Shown in pieces: positions 1-7,157 of a DNA stretch of 20,000 nucleotides. Origin of the DNA: an uncultured virus (IMG/VR IMGVR_UViG_3300025840_000026) (Duplodnaviria > Heunggongvirae > Uroviricota > Caudoviricetes); IMG/VR virus record IMGVR_UViG_3300025840_000026; one strand, written 5' to 3'. Below the pieces are notes generated by a model. The model made no database searches. It was not told where the DNA came from and saw only the letters and a program-made list of their open reading frames with translations. A program made the translations under genes and the position numbers. Positions within the stretch are counted from its first letter, which is position 1; every line of letters begins with the position of its first letter.

Positions 1-137
1 CACAAAAATATATAGAGAACGAGATTGAAAGATTGATGGAAACTTTAGATTATGACCTTGAGTTTAATGGACATGAAGAATCAGAAAGTGAAAGTTTTTT
101 AAGGATGACTAAACCAAAAGACGGAAAGATTCATTAA
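1..137 (+). CDS. 3' end of a hypothetical protein (truncated by window start)
   Basis: Open frame from nt 3 (QKYIENEIERLMETLDYDLEFNGHEESESESFLRMTKPKDGKIH) ending TAA at 135-137; acidic tail. Confidence 0.7.
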   Translation, partial: QKYIENEIERLMETLDYDLEFNGHEESESESFLRMTKPKDGKIH

Positions 138-148
138 GATTATTTTTT

Positions 149-156
149 TATAAATA
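149..156 (+). promoter_or_regulatory. T4-type late promoter TATAAATA
   Basis: Exact gp55 consensus TATAAATA in the intergenic gap upstream of two small membrane-protein ORFs. Confidence 0.6.
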
Positions 157-211
157 GTTCCGTCATAACATTCAGTTATGATATAATATAAATGAGGTTT
201 ATAAATTAATC

Positions 212-355
212 ATGACTGAATTGGTCGAAAAATTATCTGAGTTAAACAGAAAGAGAAAAAATATAACACATAGTTCTATAATTGAATCATTTGAAGTGAT
301 ACTTTTAATAGCTATCTTCATTACCTGCACATACGCACTTGCTCCCATAGTATAA
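212..355 (+). CDS. Small putative membrane protein, 47 aa (not in ORF track)
   Basis: ATG 212 to TAA 355: MTELVEKLSELNRKRKNITHSSIIESFEVILLIAIFITCTYALAPIV. C-terminal hydrophobic segment; abuts the next ORF (GTG at 357). Confidence 0.6.
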   Translation: MTELVEKLSELNRKRKNITHSSIIESFEVILLIAIFITCTYALAPIV

Positions 356-356
356 A

Positions 357-551
357 GTGAGTGACTTAGATAAAAAGGTAAGAAAGGCGTTGCAGACAGT
401 GAACTTGTCTCCACCCATAGATGATGACTTTTTTGATAAATTAGAAAAGATGCATCCGATGAGACAGATTGTTTATGCTAGTATACTACAATTCACGGTA
501 TTTGGGTCAATGTTAGTAGCATTCTATCTACTGCATAACTATATTATATAG
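357..551 (+). CDS. Small putative membrane protein, 64 aa
   Basis: Starts 1 nt after the previous stop; C-terminal hydrophobic helix IVYASILQFTVFGSMLVAFYLL. Confidence 0.65.
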   Translation: MSDLDKKVRKALQTVNLSPPIDDDFFDKLEKMHPMRQIVYASILQFTVFGSMLVAFYLLHNYII

Positions 552-574
552 TATATCCCCCTGACTACATAGTT

Positions 575-603
575 ATCTTATCATGGATTTTTTAATCTGA
601 CAA
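575..603 (-). promoter_or_regulatory. Leftward sigma70-type promoter, divergent from gp55
   Basis: Minus strand reads TTGTCA-17 nt-TAAGAT with an extended -10 TG (..ccaTGaTAAGAT); AT-rich tract upstream (about 606-664). Confidence 0.55.
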
Positions 604-669
604 GATACTTTTGTAAAAAAACTTAAAAATTCTATTCAAATAAATATAAAAAAAACATTAAAAACCCTC

Positions 670-698
670 TAGTCAATAGTGGTTTTTTGGTGTATATT
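670..698 (+). promoter_or_regulatory. Putative sigma70-type promoter of gp55 (leaderless)
   Basis: TAGTCA-17 nt-TATATT; ATG 705 lies 6 nt after the -10 box, no SD. Confidence 0.45.
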
Positions 699-704
699 GT
701 ATAC

Positions 705-1262
705 ATGGCTGAGAAAAAACAAAACGAACACTACGTAAATAACAAAGAGTTCACACAAGCAGTCTCCGAGTATAACCAAGCAGTTAAACTCGCAGAATCA
801 AAAGGGAAAACCCCACCTAGGATGACTGAGTATATTGGTGAGTGTATCTATAAGATAGCAACTCGTCTTTCCACTCGTCCTAATTTTATCAACTATACTT
901 ATAGAGACGAAATGATTTGTGATGCAATTGAAAACTGCATTCAGTATATCAATAATTTCGATGCAGAGAAGTCTAACAATGCATTTGCATACATTACTCA
1001 AATTTGCTACTATGCATTTCTTAGACGAATCCAAAAAGAGAAGAAACAAGTTTATATTAAACAGAAAAGTATAGAAGCTTCAAATGTAATAATGGATTCA
1101 TTTGATACTCTAGATGGAGTTCATGACCCCAATCTAACCAATACTAATATTGAGTGGATGCAAGAAAACATGAATCCAGTTGTTTATGAACCTAGAACTT
1201 CTAGAAAGAAAACAACAACCAAAAGTAAAAAGAACCTAGAAAAGTTCACAGAAGAGGAGTAA
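705..1262 (+). CDS. gp55: Late-transcription sigma factor gp55
   Basis: Typical gp55 motifs HYVNNKEF, YIGECIYKIA, PNFINYTYRDEMICDAIENC, NAFAYITQICYYAFLRRIQKEKKQ; precedes gp47/gp46. Start moved to ATG 705. Confidence 0.96.
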   Translation: MAEKKQNEHYVNNKEFTQAVSEYNQAVKLAESKGKTPPRMTEYIGECIYKIATRLSTRPNFINYTYRDEMICDAIENCIQYINNFDAEKSNNAFAYITQICYYAFLRRIQKEKKQVYIKQKSIEASNVIMDSFDTLDGVHDPNLTNTNIEWMQENMNPVVYEPRTSRKKTTTKSKKNLEKFTEEE

Positions 1263-1265
1263 GTC

Positions 1266-2333
1266 GTGAAGTTTGCGATTTTAAATGACACGCACTGTGG
1301 TGTCAGAGGTGACATGATTGAAATGTCTAACTACCAAGGACGTTTCTACAACGAAGTGTTCTTTCCATACTTAGATGAACATGATATTAAACACATCGTC
1401 CATTTAGGGGACTACTTTGACCGAAGAAAGTATATTAACTTTGCAACAATGAAAGCAAATATACAACACTTCATTGAACCTATGAATGAACGTGGTATTA
1501 CCATGGATTTAATTCTTGGTAATCATGACACCTATTATAAGAACACCAACGATGTGAATGCACCTGAGTTACTACTCTACAATCAACCTAACGTAAATGT
1601 GATTTCCGAATGTGAAGTTAAAGAATACGATGGATTCAACGTTGCACTAGTTCCATGGATTAATAATGATAACTATGCAAATGCAGTAGAATTCTTGTTT
1701 AATGCACAGGCTTCTATTGCAATGGGTCACTTTGAGATTGAAGGTGCAATCATGCAGCCAGGGATGACTTGTCCTCATGGATTAGACCATACTTATCTAA
1801 AACGTTTTGATAAAGTATTAAGTGGTCACTTTCATCATAAATCTGAGGTAAAGAACATTAGGTATCTTGGTTCACAAATGCAATTTACATGGTCGGATTA
1901 TGGAGACGAAAAGTATTTTCATATTTTTGATACACAAGACCAAAGTATCACACCTATTCATAACCCACTTACAATGTTTGAAAAAGCTTTTTATGATGAT
2001 ACTAAAGAAAGTTTTGAATCTATTGCAAATGCAGACTATAGTCAGTATGCAGGGAAATTTACAAAGGTTATAGTAGTCAACAAAGAAAATCCATATTGGT
2101 TTGATACCTTCTTGGATAAAGTTCATGGAGTGAATCCAATACATGTCTCAGTTGTTGATGACAATAAACATATGGACTTTATGGACGATGATGAGGTTGG
2201 TGACATTGAAGACACACTAACAATTTTAAACAAATACATTGAAGGTTTAGAAATTCAAGGAAAGAAAAAACCCTTGACAGAATTGATGACTTCATTGTAT
2301 CATGAAGCTTTAGACGAACATACTTATCTATGA
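1266..2333 (+). CDS. gp47: Recombination endonuclease subunit (Mre11/SbcD-like)
   Basis: Metallophosphoesterase motifs DTHCG, LGDYFDRRK, GNHD, GHFE, SGHFH; synteny gp55-gp47-gp46. Confidence 0.96.
   Translation: MKFAILNDTHCGVRGDMIEMSNYQGRFYNEVFFPYLDEHDIKHIVHLGDYFDRRKYINFATMKANIQHFIEPMNERGITMDLILGNHDTYYKNTNDVNAPELLLYNQPNVNVISECEVKEYDGFNVALVPWINNDNYANAVEFLFNAQASIAMGHFEIEGAIMQPGMTCPHGLDHTYLKRFDKVLSGHFHHKSEVKNIRYLGSQMQFTWSDYGDEKYFHIFDTQDQSITPIHNPLTMFEKAFYDDTKESFESIANADYSQYAGKFTKVIVVNKENPYWFDTFLDKVHGVNPIHVSVVDDNKHMDFMDDDEVGDIEDTLTILNKYIEGLEIQGKKKPLTELMTSLYHEALDEHTYL
2274..2303 (+). promoter_or_regulatory. Internal sigma70-type promoter upstream of gp46
   Basis: TTGACA-18 nt-TATCAT with an upstream A-tract, inside the 3' end of gp47. 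Confidence 0.45.
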
Positions 2334-4045
2334 TAGAATTCCAAAAAGTAAGATATAAAAATTTATTATCTTCAGGTAATAAGTTTACTGAAATTACACT
2401 AAACGACCACCAAACTACATTAATTTTGGGAGAGAACGGTGCAGGTAAATCTACACTGTTAGATGCATTATGTTTTGGTCTTTATGGTCGTGGGTTTAGA
2501 AATTTAAAGAAAGAACTATTAATTAACTCTATCAATCAAAAAGAATTGGTTGTAGAAATTGAGTTTAAAGTAGGTAAGAAATTATATAAAGTTATACGAG
2601 GAACAAAACCCAATAAGTTTGAACTTTATTTAAATGACACTTTGATTAATCAAGATGCATCAGTCAGAGATTATCAAGAACACTTAGAAAAGAACATTCT
2701 CAAAATGAGTTATCGTTCTTTCACTCAAGTTGCAATTCTAGGTTCTGCAAACTTTACACCTTTTATGCAGTTAAAGGCAGCAGAAAGACGTAAACTCGTA
2801 GAAGACCTATTGGATATCTCTATCTTCTCAACAATGGCTGACCTTCTTCGTAAGAAGATATCTTCTCATACAATTGAAATAAAGGATACCTCACATAGTA
2901 TTGATTTACTAGAAGAGAGAATCAATGGTCTTAATGAACAACTTAATGCACTTCGTGAGAATCGTGATAATAAGATTAGTAAGTATGAAAATACTGTGAA
3001 AGAAACACAAACTAACATATCAAATCTCATGGAGAAAATAGATGAAAAGACGCAAGATGTGGTGGAGAAAAAGTCCACGATCTCAGACAGAGACCCTCAG
3101 GGAGATAGACTCAAACAAGCAAGAGAGGTGGAGAACAGACTCAATGAAGCTTACCGAAAAGCTGTTAAAGAAATCGAGTTCTATGAAAAAAATGACGACT
3201 GTCCCACATGTAAACAAGGATTAGACGAAGAACACAAACAAGAACACATTGCACAAAAGTCAGCTAAGAAAAAAGAGTTGTTGGATGCAATTTCAAAAAT
3301 TGGTGAAACTATTGAAGATTCAAGTAGACGACTTGAAGAGATTCAAGAAGTGCAAGACCAAATAGAAAAAATCCAAAAATCTATTGGTATTCTACAATCA
3401 GAGGTTGTGTCTAATCAAAAATTCATTGCAAAAATTCAAAAGGAAATAGAAGAACTCAAAAACGAACAAAGTGGTAACTCTAATGTTCAAGAACGAATTG
3501 ATGACAGTGAAGAAGAACTTGAAATCATGCACAAGAAAAAACAAACACTTGTAGAACAGAGTCACTATTTTGATATTGCACAGATGTTATTAAAAGACCA
3601 AGGTGTTAAACAAAAGATTATCAAACAATATGTTCCAATTATGAATAAACTAATTAACAAGTATCTTGCACAATTAGAATTCTATGTTGGATTTGAATTG
3701 AATGAATCATTTGAAGAAACAATCAAATCAAGATTCAGAGACGTATTCAAATATGATAACTTCTCACAAGGGGAGAAAATGAGAATTGACCTTGCACTTC
3801 TATTTACATGGAGAGCAGTTGCAAGAATGAAAAACTCAGTAAACACCAACCTTCTTATTCTAGATGAGGTGTTTGACTCTTCACTTGATACTAACGGAAC
3901 AGATGACTTCTTAAAGCTTCTGAACACACTTACAGAGAAGACCAATGCATTTATTATCAGTCATAAGGGTGATGCACTCTATGATAAATTTAATGATGTA
4001 TTACGATTTGAGAAATACAAAAACTTCTCAAGACTTGCAGAATAA
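2330..4045 (+). CDS. gp46: Recombination ATPase subunit (Rad50/SbcC-like)
   Basis: Walker A GENGAGKST, long coiled coil with zinc hook CPTC, signature FSQGEKMRIDL, Walker B LILDEVFD, H-loop ISHK; ATGA overlap with gp47. Confidence 0.96.
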   Translation: MIEFQKVRYKNLLSSGNKFTEITLNDHQTTLILGENGAGKSTLLDALCFGLYGRGFRNLKKELLINSINQKELVVEIEFKVGKKLYKVIRGTKPNKFELYLNDTLINQDASVRDYQEHLEKNILKMSYRSFTQVAILGSANFTPFMQLKAAERRKLVEDLLDISIFSTMADLLRKKISSHTIEIKDTSHSIDLLEERINGLNEQLNALRENRDNKISKYENTVKETQTNISNLMEKIDEKTQDVVEKKSTISDRDPQGDRLKQAREVENRLNEAYRKAVKEIEFYEKNDDCPTCKQGLDEEHKQEHIAQKSAKKKELLDAISKIGETIEDSSRRLEEIQEVQDQIEKIQKSIGILQSEVVSNQKFIAKIQKEIEELKNEQSGNSNVQERIDDSEEELEIMHKKKQTLVEQSHYFDIAQMLLKDQGVKQKIIKQYVPIMNKLINKYLAQLEFYVGFELNESFEETIKSRFRDVFKYDNFSQGEKMRIDLALLFTWRAVARMKNSVNTNLLILDEVFDSSLDTNGTDDFLKLLNTLTEKTNAFIISHKGDALYDKFNDVLRFEKYKNFSRLAE

Positions 4046-4053
4046 CATAAATA
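4046..4053 (+). promoter_or_regulatory. T4-type late promoter (CATAAATA)
   Basis: ATAAATA core directly after the gp46 stop, 5 nt before ATG 4059. Confidence 0.6.
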
Positions 4054-4058
4054 GTAGT

Positions 4059-5498
4059 ATGAAATCTTTCTCACAGTTCACAAACATAGATATTTCAGAG
4101 GTAAAGTTAAATCTACCTAAGGTCAAACCTATATCTATTTTTGAGGCTGCAGACCCATTCAACATTGCAATAGTCAATCCTGAAGATTTCAAATTAATTC
4201 CAAACACACCAAAAGCAAATCTTTCAGATTTAGAAAAACTTTTAAGTAAATTTTCTTATGTAAATAGTGTTCCATTAGCAGCACAACCTAGTGGTAAAAA
4301 ATTTAAAGTAAGAACAAAGGACTCTGAGACACAGGAAAGAGTTAGAACATGGATTAAAGATAATGCACCTGACTTAGCACCATTTATAGGATTTGGAAGT
4401 GGTTCTATTGGTTCAGGTGGTAGTGCTAAGATTCATGAAAACACACAAGAATTAATGGTTGCATGTCTTGTATATTTGGGTCAGAAGTATGGGACTGTTG
4501 CACATCCCAAGACCAACGAAATTATAGAAAATGCTAAAAGTGTTTTTTTAAAGATAGAAGGGTCTAAAGATAGAATAGAACTATTAGACCAATTTGCAGA
4601 AAATTATAATGACCTTGCAACTGCTATATCATCATCAAATGCAATTTTAGATATTGTCGGAAAACCATCAAAGGTTTTTTGGACAGGAAAGGGGTGGTCA
4701 AGTGAAATTGCACCATTTAATCCACCCATGGGAAATATTAAAGACTACAACTCTTCTGATATAGTTGTATTAGGTAGTGACAAAATTTATTATGGGTTTT
4801 CTCTAAAGAAAAAGGGTTCTTCTAAAGATGCTGACCCTACACTCATTAACAAACCCATTACAGGTAGTAAGTCATTCTTAAAGGATGTGTTAAGTGCAAA
4901 AGACTTGGATACAATAGAGAAAGCTAAAGAAGACTTCTTTGATTTAGTTATAAAAAAACACTACAAAAAAGACCCCAAAAAGATAGATGAAAGAGAAAAA
5001 TCTAAAATGATTGGTCAGATATCTCAAGTTAAAATGGGAGAGTATCTAAAATCACCTGATAATCTATTTTTTAAAACAGCTGATACTATAGTGAGAAAGG
5101 GGGGTGGAAAGGAATTTGCACTTGCCTTTATGGAACAGATTTTTAGAACAAAACTTTCTAAGATTGAACAAGCAGGACAATTTAAGTTTTATCTCTTAAC
5201 AGGTATAGGAAAAAACGGTGCTAACGAACTTAGTATTGAAGATGCAGAAGTTAAAGACCTTCCAAAGACCATAGAATCTTTGAGTAGGGTTTTTAAGGTA
5301 GGAGTAAAAACAGTAGTAACATCAGGAAAAAAACAAGCATGGGATAAGGGTGCAGGTGCAGCTAAAATATTCCATTCAATTGTAGCAGGTAATACTTCAT
5401 TAGTTGACATTGAAGTTAGATATAAAGGAAGTTATACTGCAAACCCACAATTCCAAGCCACAGCAACTGCAAACTTTAAAAAATTATTTAAGAGTTAA
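4059..5498 (+). CDS. Hypothetical late protein, 479 aa; capsid-targeting-like N-terminus and PD-(D/E)xK-like motif
   Basis: Start moved to ATG 4059 (removes gp46 overlap). N-terminus MKSFSQF..E; motif ENTQE...SSDIVVLGSDKIYYGFSLKK; Lys-rich. Confidence 0.75.
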   Translation: MKSFSQFTNIDISEVKLNLPKVKPISIFEAADPFNIAIVNPEDFKLIPNTPKANLSDLEKLLSKFSYVNSVPLAAQPSGKKFKVRTKDSETQERVRTWIKDNAPDLAPFIGFGSGSIGSGGSAKIHENTQELMVACLVYLGQKYGTVAHPKTNEIIENAKSVFLKIEGSKDRIELLDQFAENYNDLATAISSSNAILDIVGKPSKVFWTGKGWSSEIAPFNPPMGNIKDYNSSDIVVLGSDKIYYGFSLKKKGSSKDADPTLINKPITGSKSFLKDVLSAKDLDTIEKAKEDFFDLVIKKHYKKDPKKIDEREKSKMIGQISQVKMGEYLKSPDNLFFKTADTIVRKGGGKEFALAFMEQIFRTKLSKIEQAGQFKFYLLTGIGKNGANELSIEDAEVKDLPKTIESLSRVFKVGVKTVVTSGKKQAWDKGAGAAKIFHSIVAGNTSLVDIEVRYKGSYTANPQFQATATANFKKLFKS

Positions 5499-5501
5499 AA
5501 T

Positions 5502-6122
5502 ATGTATGAATTAGTTGAAGAAGCAAGTAAGGTTCTAAGAACCCCACCACAACTATTTGACTTTGAAACAAGGACTGATGCAGAAGAGATTGCATCTAAG
5601 TTAAAGGAAGCTATGCAAAGATTTGGTGGTATTGGTCTTTCTGCAAATCAGGTAGGAATTGATGCAAGGGTCTTTGTGATGAAATCCGAAGACAAGGGTG
5701 TTGTAGCATTCTTCAACCCTGAATTAAAAAGAGTTTCACAAGACACAGACTTGATGAAAGAGGGGTGTCTTTCCTTTCCTGATGTATACCTCATGATTAA
5801 AAGGTCAAAAGTAGTAGAACTAGACTACCAAGATGAGAAAGGAGAAAAACATACACTAGTATTAGATGGACTTGCAGCTAGATGTGTTCAACATGAAATA
5901 GACCACTTAAATGGTATTCTTTTTCTTCAGAGAGCATCTAGACTGAAACTTGAAAGGGCTCTTAAATCTAGACCCAAAGAACAAAGAAAAAGAATTGAAT
6001 ATGAAAAACGAATGGCAATTGCAAAATACATCCAATCCCAATCCAATTTGGGAAGTTCCGAACCTGCTGTCGGAGAATCAGTGCAGGAAACTGATACAGT
6101 GGTTCAGAACACACAAGCATAA
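5502..6122 (+). CDS. def: Peptide deformylase
   Basis: All three PDF motifs: GIGLSANQVG, EGCLS, QHEIDHLNG. Confidence 0.95.
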   Translation: MYELVEEASKVLRTPPQLFDFETRTDAEEIASKLKEAMQRFGGIGLSANQVGIDARVFVMKSEDKGVVAFFNPELKRVSQDTDLMKEGCLSFPDVYLMIKRSKVVELDYQDEKGEKHTLVLDGLAARCVQHEIDHLNGILFLQRASRLKLERALKSRPKEQRKRIEYEKRMAIAKYIQSQSNLGSSEPAVGESVQETDTVVQNTQA

Positions 6123-6645
6123 GATATCAGTAGGTTCAGATAAAGACTATTATGGAATACAAAAATTCCATATCTTCAATCCTGAAGTCAGAGATATCTT
6201 AAACAAAGTTGAGTTTGATGTAGTTTCAGAAATCTTTGCAAAGACTGGTGCAAGGATGTATCCAACTATGACAAACATCAATGAGTGGTTCATAGGGGGT
6301 GTTCAAGAACCTCATTTAGATACTTATACTAATCAAGAGATACTACATGGTCTAGACCAAACCCCACCTGAATTTCCAAATAGAGAATGGACTACTATTG
6401 TAAATCTTAATACAGACTTCAATGGTGGTGAAACATATTTCCCTAATGAAAACTATACTGTAACACCTGAAACAGGAAAAGCTTCAATATTCCAAGGTAT
6501 ACACCATGACCATGGTGTCAACAAAGTATATCAAGGATGCAGATACACTGTGTCTATATGGTTTTCAGGAGACATAAACAACATGTTGTCTAATAGAATG
6601 ACAAATGATTTGTCTCTAACCTACCTAAATTTAAAAAATTATTAA
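6001..6645 (+). CDS. 2OG-Fe(II) oxygenase (prolyl 4-hydroxylase-like)
   Basis: N-terminal VPNLLSENQC, HxD (PHLD), LNTDFNGGETYF, distal His (HGV) and RYTVSIWF. Start uncertain (ATG 6001 or TTG 6019). Confidence 0.88.
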   Translation: MKNEWQLQNTSNPNPIWEVPNLLSENQCRKLIQWFRTHKHKISVGSDKDYYGIQKFHIFNPEVRDILNKVEFDVVSEIFAKTGARMYPTMTNINEWFIGGVQEPHLDTYTNQEILHGLDQTPPEFPNREWTTIVNLNTDFNGGETYFPNENYTVTPETGKASIFQGIHHDHGVNKVYQGCRYTVSIWFSGDINNMLSNRMTNDLSLTYLNLKNY

Positions 6646-6685
6646 ACTTTTTTAAAAAATCCCCTAAAATCAACACCTTAGAGAC

Positions 6686-6715
6686 TTGACAATGGGTCTC
6701 ACTTTTTCGTATACT
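6686..6715 (+). promoter_or_regulatory. Strong sigma70-type (early) promoter, copy 1 of conserved family
   Basis: TTGACA-ATGGGTCTCACTTTTTCG-TATACT, followed by SD AGGAG and ATG 6744. Confidence 0.85.
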
Positions 6716-6743
6716 AATAGAGTAGTAAAGAAAAGGAGAAAAT

Positions 6744-6947
6744 ATGTCAAATCTAGCAAACGACCAAATCGTAGAAAGGGCTATTTCTGATGCAGAAACA
6801 GTAGTAGCAAGAATGTCTGATACCAAAGTAGAACAAGTTGGTTTTGTTAACTACGGTGTCAAAGGTATTAACAGAGGTTATTTAATAGCCAAAATTGCAA
6901 AAACTTTCTACAATGAATACATGGAGGCACCAACACCCCATGGTTAA
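6744..6947 (+). CDS. Hypothetical early protein, 67 aa
   Basis: Own promoter and SD AAAGGAG; no recognised motif. Confidence 0.8.
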   Translation: MSNLANDQIVERAISDAETVVARMSDTKVEQVGFVNYGVKGINRGYLIAKIAKTFYNEYMEAPTPHG

Positions 6948-7125
6948 GTATCTGAAAGAAATCACCAAGTGGGATGAGGATATCCCCAACCACACTTATA
7001 TGGTGGATGAAAAAGGTAACCTTGTTGGTTACATCAAAACTGGAACTAAAGAGGAGATTATCTTTAAATCTCCAATGAAACAGTTCTCCAAATCCCATAG
7101 AAAATTTATTGAACTCAAGGGTTGA
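6940..7125 (+). CDS. Hypothetical protein, 61 aa
   Basis: ATG 6940 overlapping the previous gene end, GGAGG upstream; MVKYLKEITKWDEDIPNHTY...FSKSHRKF. Confidence 0.75.
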   Translation: MVKYLKEITKWDEDIPNHTYMVDEKGNLVGYIKTGTKEEIIFKSPMKQFSKSHRKFIELKG

Positions 7126-7151
7126 CAATGACCCTCACTTTTTTATATACT
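7122..7151 (+). promoter_or_regulatory. Strong sigma70-type promoter, copy 2 (leaderless)
   Basis: TTGACA-ATGACCCTCACTTTTTTA-TATACT; ATG 7158 is 6 nt after the -10 box. Confidence 0.85.
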
Positions 7152-7157
7152 TAAAAC

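Noticed and set aside
160..181. Possible Pho box (CCGTCAT...)
   Set aside because: No second half-site at 11-bp spacing; better explained as an inverted repeat.
538..552. 15-bp inverted match ACTATATAATATAGT between 538-552 (minus) and 12095-12109 (plus)
   Set aside because: Low-complexity AT-rich near-palindrome; a match of this length can arise by chance in 20 kb.
3945..4058. Track start of the 517-aa ORF
   Set aside because: Overlaps the conserved gp46 C-terminus; ATG 4059 after the late promoter is a better start.
6681..7135. Short inverted repeats around the -35 boxes (GAGAC/GTCTC, AGGGT/ACCCT) as operators
   Set aside because: Only 5 bp, different sequences and spacing, absent from the third promoter.
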